A stretch of 64,000 nucleotides of DNA from an uncultured Acidobacteriota bacterium (GCA_963810305.1 CAWEMY010000011.1:200912-264911); one strand, 5' to 3'; positions 18,008 through 27,258 are shown, counted from the stretch's first letter. Program-made: numbers and translations. The notes: generated from the sequence alone by a model not told the origin.

Positions 18008-19722
18008 GACGTGGGTACCCCAGTTCGGGAGGGATCACTCCAGAAGGCGAGCAGCTGGAACTCACCCGCACGAAACGCCGCGCGGCAGAGGAAGCGTTGG
18101 AGCTTTCCGCTGGTAGTCTTCGGCAGGCTTCCCGGCGGCACGAGCGCGACGGCGCACGGAGACACCTGGTGCCGCTCGGCGACGGAACGCCTGACCGACG
18201 CGATGGCCTGCTGGAGGTCGCCGTCGGATTCCGACCGGGCGGGATCGGTCTCGGCGACCAGCGCAATGCATTCCTCTCCGTCGCGATCGACGGCAAAAGC
18301 CGCGCAGCAGCCCGGACGAACGGCTGGATGCGCTTGCTCCGCGGTCGCCTCGAGGTCCTGGGGATAATGCTTCACGCCGCGGACTATGAGGACGTCCTTG
18401 ATCCGCCCGGTGACGAACAGCCTGCCATCGACGATGCATCCAAGATCGCCGGTGCGCAGGTAGGGACCGTCGCCGGAGTCCGAGATCACCGCGCCGAAGA
18501 CCTGCGCCGTGTCCTCGGGCTTGTGCCAGTAGCCAGAGGCAACGCTCGGGCTGTTCACCCAGATTTCGCCGATGTCGCCGTCCGCCACGACGACGCGAGA
18601 TTCGGGATCGACGATGCGGATCGCGTGCCCGTCATCGATGACACCGGAGCTGACGAGGGAACGCCCGTCCGGCGTATCGACGAAGACCGGCCCATCCTCT
18701 GGACCGCTCGAAACCAGCAAGGTCGATTCGGCGAGACCGTAAGAAGGTCGCAGGGCTTCCCAGCGGAAGCCGCACGGAGCGAAGGTGCGATGAAAGTGTT
18801 CGAGGGTCGATCGGCGGACCGGCTCGGAGCCGTTGTACGCCAGGCGCCAGGTCCGCAGGTCGAGCGCCGAGCGATCTTCGTCACTGACGCGCCGCGTGCA
18901 CAGGTCATAGGCGAAGTTGGGTCCGCCGCTGTGGGTGGCCCCGTAACGCGAGATCGCCTGCAGCCAGCGCGCGGGTCTCTGGAGGAACGCCGCCGGCGAC
19001 ATCAGGTACGAGGGATAGCCGCTGAATACGGGCTGCAGCACCCCGTTGATGAGCCCCATATCGTGATTCACGGGAAGCCACGACACCCCGGCGCTCGTCG
19101 AGTCGTACCTCCCGAGAGCCGCGCCGCGGGCGAGGTTATCCAGCAGGTTCGCGTGTGTGACGACGACTCCGCGGGGTATCGCAGTGGAACCTGACGTGTA
19201 CTGCAGCAGCGCCACGCTGTCGGCGCCTGCGGACGGCGGACGCCAACTGTCCGCCGCTTCGTCTGGCACCTCTTCGACGTTGACCCAGCGAAGCCCCGAC
19301 AGTTCAGGCACGAGCGCCTGGAGCAGAGGCGCGCGCTCGTGAACAGCCGTTGACGACAGGACGAGCGTGACCCCGGCGTCCGCGATCATGCCTCGCAGAC
19401 GCGTGCTCGACCGGTCAGCGCGCGCCGAGGACGGCGGGTAGGTCGGGATCGCGATCGCCCCCGCGTAGAGGACCCCGAAAAACGCCGGAACGAAATCCAC
19501 TGACGGGGGCAGCAGGATCAGCACTCGCGCACCCGGCTCACTGTGCGAGGCGAGAACCGCCCCGATCGCTCGGCTGCGGGCATCTATCCGGGCCCACGTC
19601 AATGAGGCGTGTTCGCGCTCCCCAGCTTCGAGGAACGTGAACGCGGTATCGCCCCCCTGTGCCGCCGCCCGGTCGCGCAGCAGCTCGATCATCGATACCG
19701 GACCGTGTGTAGTCACGCGCAT
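18004..19722 (-). CDS. Fatty acyl-AMP ligase (FAAL-type adenylating enzyme)
   Basis: LQYTSGSTAIPRGVVVTH (A3 core), YLRTGDLG, GRIKDVLIVRG and KTTSGKLQR. Starts at the ATG at 19722. Intact, 572 aa. Its stop overlaps the ACP start (ATGA at 18004-18007). Confidence 0.9.
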   Translation of the reverse strand: MRVTTHGPVSMIELLRDRAAAQGGDTAFTFLEAGEREHASLTWARIDARSRAIGAVLASHSEPGARVLILLPPSVDFVPAFFGVLYAGAIAIPTYPPSSARADRSSTRLRGMIADAGVTLVLSSTAVHERAPLLQALVPELSGLRWVNVEEVPDEAADSWRPPSAGADSVALLQYTSGSTAIPRGVVVTHANLLDNLARGAALGRYDSTSAGVSWLPVNHDMGLINGVLQPVFSGYPSYLMSPAAFLQRPARWLQAISRYGATHSGGPNFAYDLCTRRVSDEDRSALDLRTWRLAYNGSEPVRRSTLEHFHRTFAPCGFRWEALRPSYGLAESTLLVSSGPEDGPVFVDTPDGRSLVSSGVIDDGHAIRIVDPESRVVVADGDIGEIWVNSPSVASGYWHKPEDTAQVFGAVISDSGDGPYLRTGDLGCIVDGRLFVTGRIKDVLIVRGVKHYPQDLEATAEQAHPAVRPGCCAAFAVDRDGEECIALVAETDPARSESDGDLQQAIASVRRSVAERHQVSPCAVALVPPGSLPKTTSGKLQRFLCRAAFRAGEFQLLAFWSDPSRTGVPTS

Positions 19723-20402
19723 CGCAGCTCCTGGTGTGTCCGCACAAAAAGCGCACGAACTTTTTCCTTGTTCTCGACGACGTCGGTCTCTTTCCAGTCG
19801 GTGGTGTGGATCGGCGGGCAGCACGTAGACGTCCACGATGCCGCGGCCTGCCCGATATCCGAGACCGGGATCGACATCGGTCGGGATGTGGAAATACATC
19901 GGCACGATTGGCGCGCGCAGAACGGTCGCGAGGTGGAATGCACCCTTGTTGAAGTGCCCGATGTCCCCGGTCGTGATCCGGCCCCCTTCGGGGCTCAGGT
20001 AGACCGATTCGCCCGTCCGCCGCAAGACCTCGCCTGCCCTGGTGAAGATGCGTCTGCGTTCGTCCGGCCGATCCTGCGGGACGGTGAAGAACGTGCCCAT
20101 CATCGACGCGATGAAGCCGAGCGGGATCCACTTGCGCAGGAAGCCACTCAGGAAGAAGCGGGTGTTCGGCAGACCCAGGGCAACGAGGATGAAGAGGTCC
20201 AGCGTGGACGTGTGGTTCGACACGTAGACGGTCTGGGTGCGCGGAAATGCCGTGTGTCTTCGCCGCCTGGGAGCGGCAGCGCTGCTGATGAACCCGCATG
20301 CGGACGCCGTAGCAGGCGCAGAATGCAGCGGGCGAGCAGGGTGGCGATGCGCGCGTACAGCCGCCGCGCGCGGAAGAGCGTCACGACGCCGAGCGGCAAC
20401 AT
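19713..20402 (-). pseudogene. PlsC-type lysophospholipid acyltransferase, read in at least three frames (shifts near 20250 and at the CCC run near 19816)
   Basis: NHTSTLD (H-x4-D) and PEGGR motifs lie in the frame of the 806-aa ORF. The conserved tail PPIHTTDWKETDVVENKEKVRALF with its own stop at 19713 is in another frame. The plausible N-terminus MLPLGVVTLFRARRLYARIATLL is in a third frame. Confidence 0.7.
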
Positions 20403-20460
20403 GCGCGACGGCCGTCAGCGTCATCAGCAGCGAGGCTGATGACGCCCAGTGCGATCGCCT

Positions 20461-21474
20461 TCACTGCGCCCTCCTGCAGATCACCGTCTGCATTGCCAGG
20501 TTCAGTCGTCTTTCGAACAGCAGCAGCGGCAGTAGCAGGATCTGTCCAACGAAGTAGGGGAAGATCGCCTTGTCCAGGTTCAGGCCACGCCCTTTGAGCA
20601 GGCGGAATGCGGCGCCCGTGAACAGGTAGAAGTACGCGGGGAAGGCGCCGTACGGCAGGTAGTCGACTACCTCGAGGCCGGACTTGCGCACGGCGCGCAG
20701 CAATGTGTCGCGGTCGAAAAGCACGGTGTGTTGCGGCGCCTGCAGACCCGGCCAGCGATTGCCGAACCAGCGGAACGTCCGGCTGTCGAGGCGCGGCACT
20801 TCAATCACGAGCCGACCCTCTGGTTTCAACACGCGCCGCGCCGTCTCGAGACTGCGCAGCGGATCGTAGTCATGCTCCAGGAAGTGCCACATCGTTACCA
20901 GGTCGAACCGGTCCGGCGCGAGATCCGCCTCGTAGAAGAGGCCGCAGTGAAACTCGACTTGCGCCAGTGAGGAGGCAGCGCTGAGGTCCTTGAAATCCAC
21001 TCCGCACACGTGTGCACCCGTCGTGCGGCGCAGCCGCTCGAGGAAGGTGCCCACCGCACACCCGACGTCGAGGACCTGACTCGAAGGTCCCAGCGACACG
21101 TAGCGGGAAACGATCCGATCCTTGGCGGCATCGAGCTTGTTCATCGCGCGCTCGAAGAGCGGCGTCAGCAATCCCCAATTGCGCTTCTTGCGATGCGCGA
21201 TGTAGGTGTCGTCGTAGTACCCAGCGATGTGTCGCAGCGACACGCGTGGATTCTGATAAGCGAGATCGCATCGCGTGCAGCGCACGAACTGAAACTCCCC
21301 GGGCGTGCCCCCGAGATCGTCCTGGGCGGTTACGAACGGGCGTGTCTCAGTCGCTCCACACAAGTAGCAGGAGACCCGTTCGAAGAAGTCGGCCGGCCGT
21401 CGAACCGACTGACCTGAGGCGGCCTCCAGGCCGGCGTACGAGTCCCGATCGACGACCGCGTCGATGACGTTCAT
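20461..21474 (-). CDS. Class I SAM-dependent methyltransferase with an N-terminal Cys4 zinc ribbon
   Basis: CYLCG...CTRCDLAY, then the SAM motif VLDVGCAVGTF and the WHFLEHDYDP motif. The ATG at 21474 overlaps the upstream TGA. Confidence 0.85.
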   Translation of the reverse strand: MNVIDAVVDRDSYAGLEAASGQSVRRPADFFERVSCYLCGATETRPFVTAQDDLGGTPGEFQFVRCTRCDLAYQNPRVSLRHIAGYYDDTYIAHRKKRNWGLLTPLFERAMNKLDAAKDRIVSRYVSLGPSSQVLDVGCAVGTFLERLRRTTGAHVCGVDFKDLSAASSLAQVEFHCGLFYEADLAPDRFDLVTMWHFLEHDYDPLRSLETARRVLKPEGRLVIEVPRLDSRTFRWFGNRWPGLQAPQHTVLFDRDTLLRAVRKSGLEVVDYLPYGAFPAYFYLFTGAAFRLLKGRGLNLDKAIFPYFVGQILLLPLLLFERRLNLAMQTVICRRAQ

Positions 21475-22037
21475 GAATGTCCTCCAACAAGCCGGGCAAG
21501 CGGACTGGCGGGGTCGTGCCATGCCTCGTAGACGCACACGATGAGATAGAGCACCATCGCGACAGAGAGAATCTGAACGGGCGCTTCGAGCACGCGCGAG
21601 CCCGCCACGATCCCCACCATCGCCGGGTACTTTGCGAGGAGCAGCTGCTCCCCTGCGACGCTGCGGCGGGTTCGGGCCAGGTACCAGACCCCCAGAGCGG
21701 CGGTCAGAACGGCAAGCACGCCGACGGCGATTCCACTCGGGTCCCGCCATATCGCGAGGCAGATATTCAGCACGGCGAGAGCACCGCACAAGGCCACGAT
21801 CTGCGTCCCTTCGCCGTCACGCACGAGCACCCGGCCCGGGTGCTCGACACGATCGCGGCCGCGGTCGGCCAGGTCGTCCCACATTCGGAACTGCGCCAGC
21901 AACAGCAGCGCGACCGCGAAGTCGATGGCGAACGACGTCCAGGACGCCGGTGGCACGATGACGGCCGCGGCAATCAGCAGCGCCAACGGCAGGAAGAGGC
22001 GGAGCCGGAAGCGTTCGCGGAGGTAGCTCACGACCAT
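21471..22037 (-). CDS. Small polytopic membrane protein with one Asp-rich motif (WDDLADRGRD; UbiA-like?)
   Basis: 188 aa from the ATG at 22037, with five or six hydrophobic helices. ATGA overlaps at both ends. Confidence 0.6.
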   Translation of the reverse strand: MVVSYLRERFRLRLFLPLALLIAAAVIVPPASWTSFAIDFAVALLLLAQFRMWDDLADRGRDRVEHPGRVLVRDGEGTQIVALCGALAVLNICLAIWRDPSGIAVGVLAVLTAALGVWYLARTRRSVAGEQLLLAKYPAMVGIVAGSRVLEAPVQILSVAMVLYLIVCVYEAWHDPASPLARLVGGHS

Positions 22038-24577
22038 CACCGCGCCTCCACATGGACGATCCCCTGGTTGCCGTCGACGACGACACGCGCGCCATGGGGA
22101 ATGAGGCGGGTGGCGTCCTTCACCCCGACGACAGAGGGGATGCCGAACTCGCGCGCGATGATCGCGCCGTGGGAAAGCATTCCGCCTCTCTCGATGACCA
22201 GACCCGATATGAGCGGAAAGATTGGCGCCCAGCCAGGATCGGTCTGGCGCGTCACCAGGACGTCCCCTTTGGCAAGCCGGTGCGACTCGGTGACGTCGAG
22301 CAGGATCGCGGCGTTCGCCGTCGTTCTTCCTCCGCATGCTCCGACGCCGGCGAGCTGCGCTTCTGGTTGTTCGATCCCCCTCGCACCGGGATGCGCTTCG
22401 GGCCGGAAGTATTCGCCGACCGGAATCGCCATCGAGTCAGGCGGCGTGGTCTTACTCAGTTCGGCGTGAGCGGCCTTGGTGATGTCGATGATTCGCGCCA
22501 GATGGTCCGGAAACATCGCGCCACCGGCAGCGAGCAGTTCGAGCTCTTCCGCGGTCAAATAGAAGACATCATCGCGGTGTGTTACGCGCCCCGTGGCGGC
22601 GAGCCGCTCGCCGATCTCGAGAGCGACGCGGCGCAGCCGGCTGTACAAGAGCGCCTGCTTCAACCGAGCGCGTTCCCGCAACTGAATCGACCGCTGTGTC
22701 CAGCGAAGGATCGTCGCGACGATCAGCCTTTGCCTCCAGCCGAGCGCAGCCAGCACTGCGTGGGTCTGCTCGAGGCGCTCGGACTTCTGTCGCTTCAATA
22801 AGTCGACAGGCGAGTCGCCGTCCAGTGCCGCATATGCCTTGAGCAGCTCGATGACGGGCGCGGGCTCTTCCTGGAAGCTTGGGACGGTGAGCATCAGTTC
22901 CGCGGAGCAGCGAAACCCCCAGTGCTCCAGATAGTCCTCGAGTGCCCCGCGGAAGGTGGCGAATCTGCTCGTCGGTGGAGAGCGCGGCGAGCACCTCATC
23001 GGGTCGTTGATTCCGAATCAGTGCAGTCAGCGCCTCGTCGCGGCGGATCATCCGCGACAGCTCCCACAGCCGCACGGCAGGAACGCCGCTCACCAGGTCA
23101 GGCAGCGCTTTGAGAAGGGAGTTGTGGAGTGACTGCTGGTCGCGGCCGGGGAACGAATGCGTCAGCAGCCGCTGAAGCGCTGCGTAACACACCATGGACG
23201 CCGCGTCAGCGAGTGACGCGTTCTTCCAGCGATGGCATCGTATGTCGATGAAGCCGCGGAAATCGTCCAGAAGCTCGGATTGGGTCTTCTGCTTCAGTCG
23301 CTCGGGACGAGTCTCGGCCGCGTAGTCATCGACTGTCTGTTCGAACTGTCGCACGCGGCTCGTCAGGAAAAGGTATTGCCAGGTGGTCTTTGCCGCGATC
23401 CACGCGAGCTCGAAGGCCTGGCGCACCCGGTAGGCCGCACCAGCGCGTGGGGTCGTGGTCTCCTCGGCCCCGACGAACTGGTTGAACGATGCGGCGAGCA
23501 GGTCTCCGAACGGCGCTGACCGGAGCACCGAGTGGATGCTCGTCAGGTTGTAGTACATCCGCGCGCCGTGGACGCCGATGATCTGGCGCAACGCCGGCTC
23601 CATCAGGCGCAGGCGGCGCTCAGAAATGCCGAAGGCGCTGCCCAGATTGCGGAAGTAGTGGTAGTAGCCGGCGCGCGCGATCGAATAGAGGAGCGGCGAA
23701 ATCGGCTGCGGGAAGTTCTCGTTGACGTTGGCGTTGGACCAGAAGCAGGTGCGTGGGTCCGTGGGCCCCTGGGTCCGGGCGGCATTGGATCCGTGGGTCG
23801 TAATCGGGCGAGACTGGACGATCCACAGCTTTCCAGCGGCGTCGATCGTCCACTCGATGTCCTGCGGGCAGCCGAACGCCGCTTCGATGTCGAGTGCGAG
23901 AGCCGCAAGCTCGGCGATCTTGACGTCGTTCAGCAGGACCGCCTCCGCAACCGGCACATCGTCCGGCGCCGCCAGGCGCACCCATCGTAGAGGCCGTCGC
24001 TGTCAGCCGGCCGGCTTCAGCCGGCCTGTCAGCCGGCCTGTCAATCGCAACCCGACCCGGATTCACCGCGCCCGAGACGAGCGCTTCTCCCATCCCTCCG
24101 CAGTACTCGACGAGCATCTGCTGCGGGTCGGTCGGCGACACCGTGAAGAGGACACCCGACAGCACCGCCTCCACCTGCCGCTGAACGATGATCCCCATCC
24201 CGTCGAGTGCCTTGCCACGCGCCTTCTGATAGGCGAGGACACGCGGTGACTGCTCGCGAGGCCCACACTCGTTCGATCGCTGAGCGGAGCAACGGCTCGG
24301 TGGTCACGTCGGCAACGGAATCGAGCTGCCCGGCGAATGAGGCATCGGCCGAGTCTTCGCCGATCGCCGAGCTGCGGACGATTACGGGCGCAGAGAGAAG
24401 CGGCATCAGCTCTTCGAACTCGATCGCGCCGGCGACGAGCACCTCGTTCGGGATGACAATCCCGTCGGGCACCCGCGCTCCCGCCGCCATGAGCCGGGCA
24501 AGGTTCGCCGCCTTGCCACCGCAGCCGGTGAGCTCTGTCGCTTCGGAGAGCGGCACAAGGGAAGTGAGGACGTTCAT
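22037..24577 (-). pseudogene. PEP-utilising phosphotransferase with rifampin-phosphotransferase-like architecture (PPDK_N ATP-grasp + central domain + C-terminal swivel His domain). Frame changes near 24250 and 22965, and a REP insertion at 23987-24043.
   Basis: N-terminus GGKAANLARL...VRSSAIGEDSADASFAGQLDS. Then SPRVLAYQKARG...GIIVQRQVEAVLSGVLFT and PQDIEWTID...LWIVQSRPIT. C-terminus TRQTDPGWAPIF...GGMLSHGAIIAREFGIPSVVG. The pieces lie in different frames. Confidence 0.75.
23987..24043. repeat. REP-like element (family B, with partial duplications) inside the PPDK_N coding region
   Basis: gtagaggccgtcgctgtcagccggccggcttcagccggcctgtcagccggcctgtca. The reading frame differs on its two sides. 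Confidence 0.8.
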
Positions 24578-25143
24578 GCCGGGCGCGCCTTCAATCCGAG
24601 TTGGAACATCACCACGCTGAAGACCCAGTGGATGGCGGGTCCGACAATCAGAACGACCGCCCACGTCTGCCACGGCATCGGCACGAGGACAGTCATGGCA
24701 AGCAGCATCCCGATCCCTGAGTCCAGACGGTCGGCCAGGAACTGAATCGCGGATGAAACGCGCTTGAACGGCGCAGCCCCGGGGACGATATCGAGCTGCC
24801 GCTTGACGAACGAGTTCGGCAGCTCGCCGGCCATGAATCCGAAGCCTGCCGCCGCACCTAGCGCCGCGAACCATCCAGTCGAGAGGTCCCACAAGCCGGC
24901 TGACGCGGGCGTGATCGCAGCCAGCAGCGCGAACGAGGCGGCCGCGGCTGGCACCATCACCACGAACCCGCGGATGGTCTTGTTCGCGCCGAAGAGCCTC
25001 CGCCGGCGAAAGCGCAGCCCGCCGTCGAGCGGCAGCGCGAACGCCCTCGACATCGGAGACGCGAACCACGCCGTCTGCGCAACGCCGGCGAGGGTGAACG
25101 CCAGCAGGATGAACGCGCCGCAGGCAGTCGCATCGAGCGGCAT
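24574..25143 (-). CDS. CarS-like (CDP-archaeol synthase / DUF46 family) CTP-dependent cytidylyltransferase
   Basis: 189 aa and polytopic. GANKTIRGF, GELPNSFVKRQL and LADRLDS line up with the archaeal CarS motifs G-D-G-K-T-W-R-G-F, G-D-L-x2-S-F-I-K-R-R and V-D-Q-L as I recall them. Confidence 0.65.
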   Translation of the reverse strand: MPLDATACGAFILLAFTLAGVAQTAWFASPMSRAFALPLDGGLRFRRRRLFGANKTIRGFVVMVPAAAASFALLAAITPASAGLWDLSTGWFAALGAAAGFGFMAGELPNSFVKRQLDIVPGAAPFKRVSSAIQFLADRLDSGIGMLLAMTVLVPMPWQTWAVVLIVGPAIHWVFSVVMFQLGLKARPA

Positions 25144-25150
25144 GGCGGTG

Positions 25151-26111
25151 CTAGACGTCAAAGCCGGTTTCCAATCGATTCTGGAACAGCAGGACGTCGC
25201 CGGGGATGCGCTTCGCCCGCGAGATCCACTGCCACCAGCCGATCTCGTTTTCAGGCGAGTACGGAATCCGGCGCAGGTGGTAGCCGGGCACGAATGGATA
25301 CATGTGATGCAGCTCGTGCGCGTCGAAATGAAGAACGAAGGCGGACGCCAGCGCGCGGCAGCCGGAGCGAGCGGGTAAATGGTTCCTGCTCGATCGCGGG
25401 GAACGGCTTGACCGCCGCTCCGTGACTGACGTTCTGAGGCACGTGGGTGTGCTGACTCAGAAGGAGCAGATCCTCCATCGCGAGGCTGAGCAGCAGCGCA
25501 AGGCCGCAGGCGCGAAGCATGGCTGCCGGCCCGAGGAGCGCCGTGACGACGGCATACAACGCGACGAGGGTCAGCACGTCCCGGACAAGCGCGCGCCGGT
25601 CGGACGGTTTCGGAAACATGCGCAGCAGCCGCGCGAGGTGCCAGTAGTTGCTCACGCGGTAGATGATGGAGAACAGCGGGATCCAGAGCCGCCAGCAGGT
25701 ATTGACCAGCGTCCGCTCGGCGCGCCCGAGCGGACGCGGCACCAGCGATTCGGTCGTCGGATCGAGGTCCTGCCAGCCCGTCCACTTGTGATGTCGTCCG
25801 TGGACGCGCGTCCAGGCGTGGTATGGGATCAGCGAGAAAGCGGCGGCGACCCGTCCTGCTGCCGCATGCCATCGGCGGGTGCGAAACAGCGTTTCATGCC
25901 CGCATTCGTGCAGGATCACGAACCACTGGACGAGCATGACGGCAAGGAGGGCCTGACCGCACAGCCACAGGACCCATCCGCCGGCGAACGACAGCACCAG
26001 GCCGAGCACCGTGCCCGCCGAGGCGATCGCGATCACCCGCAGCCCGGCCGCATTCGTCGCGCGGAGGTGAGTCAGGTCGGCCGGAAAAGGTGCCCCCTCG
26101 CTGCGTCCCAT
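25151..26111 (-). pseudogene. Membrane fatty-acid desaturase-family enzyme with one frameshift near 25345
   Basis: His boxes HECGH and HGRHH are in the ORF frame. The third box, HELHH (ALASAFVLHFDAHELHHMYPFVPGYHL), and the stop TAG at 25151 are in the +1 frame. Confidence 0.8.
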
Positions 26112-26129
26112 TGCGTTCTCCTGTCATCG

Positions 26130-26280
26130 TAGTCCAGCCCTTTAGGGCTGCCCATCGAAGGTCGTCCAGCCCTTCAGGGCTGTCGTAGTCGTAGTCCAGC
26201 CCTTTAGGGCTGTTTTCGTAAACAGCAGGCCAGCCCTTTAGGGCGTTCGTCTCCTCGAGTCCAGCCCTTTAGGGCTGTCT
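26130..26280. repeat. Array of five REP-like hairpins (family A: GTAGTC-CAGCCC-TTTA-GGGCTG)
   Basis: Hairpins at 26135-26150, 26167-26182, 26197-26212, 26231-26245 (degenerate) and 26262-26277, spaced about 30-34 nt apart. Confidence 0.9.
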
Positions 26281-26355
26281 GGTAACAGGAGCACGATAGG
26301 AAATCAGGGGATTCTGTGTCGTGACAGGGGGCTGAAGAAGTGTGAAGAAAACGTG

Positions 26356-27258
26356 TCAGCGGTCGCTCTTCCGTCGTTCCATTTCCTCCAGTGTTTTTGG
26401 CCAGTCCTGCTTGAGGAGCCGCGAGAGGGCCCGATCCGACAGCAGGCGACCCTCGGTCTGGCACGTCGCGCAGTAGTTGCACTCGTTGTGGGCGTAGACG
26501 ATCCGCTGGATTGGCGCACCGCAGGCGGGGCACGGCTTGCCGAAGCGGCCGTGTGCCGCCATGCCCTCGCGAAAGGCAGTGACCTTCTCGGGGAATCCCG
26601 CACCGACTTCGTCGCGCGTCCGCGCAATCCAGGCTTCCAGCGTCCGCTGCGTGGCGTCGAACAGCCGTGCGATCTCGGCGTCGGTCAGCGTTCGCGTCTG
26701 CTTCATCGGTGAGAGCCTCGCCGCGTGCAGGATCTCGTCGGAGTAGGCGTTGCCGATCCCGCTGAAAATCTGCGGATCCGTGAGCGCGCGCTTCAGCGTG
26801 TGATTCTCAGCCGTGAGCCGTCCGGCGAAGGCGGCAAGGTCCGCCTCCAGGACCTCGAGTCCGCCGCGCTCGAACTCCGTCAGGCCGGCAGCATCGCGGA
26901 CGAGATGAATCGACGCTTGCCGCTTCGCGCCCGCTTCGGTAAGCAGCAGCGTCCCGGAGGGAAAGTCGAACGCCGCCATCCCGACTTTCCCGGGAATCGC
27001 CGCGCCCGGATCGCGCCACCGAAACCGTCCCGCGATCATGAGGTGGACGACGATATACAAGTCGTCGTCGAACACGAAGACGACGCGCTTGCCCATGCGC
27101 CGCAGTGCCGTCACGCGCTTCCCCTGGAAGCTTTCTGGTGAGGGCTCGATCGTCCGGATGATGAAGGGATTCCCGATCCGAATCCGCTCCAGCGGCTGAC
27201 CGACAACTCGCGGCGTCAGTGCCTCCAGATAGATGACGATGTCGGGGAGTTCGGGCAC
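26356..27258 (-). CDS. Fpg/Nei-family DNA glycosylase / AP lyase
   Basis: N-terminal MPELPD (catalytic Pro2/Glu3), an H2TH region and a C-terminal zinc finger CPACG...CNYCATCQ. Confidence 0.85.
   Translation of the reverse strand: MPELPDIVIYLEALTPRVVGQPLERIRIGNPFIIRTIEPSPESFQGKRVTALRRMGKRVVFVFDDDLYIVVHLMIAGRFRWRDPGAAIPGKVGMAAFDFPSGTLLLTEAGAKRQASIHLVRDAAGLTEFERGGLEVLEADLAAFAGRLTAENHTLKRALTDPQIFSGIGNAYSDEILHAARLSPMKQTRTLTDAEIARLFDATQRTLEAWIARTRDEVGAGFPEKVTAFREGMAAHGRFGKPCPACGAPIQRIVYAHNECNYCATCQTEGRLLSDRALSRLLKQDWPKTLEEMERRKSDR

Noticed and set aside
18004-20424. 806-aa ORF suggesting a natural PlsC-FAAL fusion protein
   Set aside because: The linker in that frame is Arg-rich nonsense (ADPHHRLERDRRRREQGKSS). 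An alternative frame gives the conserved acyltransferase tail (PPIHTTDWKETDVVENKEKVRALF) with its own stop at 19713. The FAAL has a good ATG at 19722. The apparent fusion is explained by one extra C in a CCC run near 19816.
26130-26280. Regularly spaced repeats considered as a CRISPR array
   Set aside because: The units are 22-nt hairpins with only about 10-nt spacers. There are five copies and no cas genes in the window. The same unit occurs singly at 60780. REP-like elements fit better.
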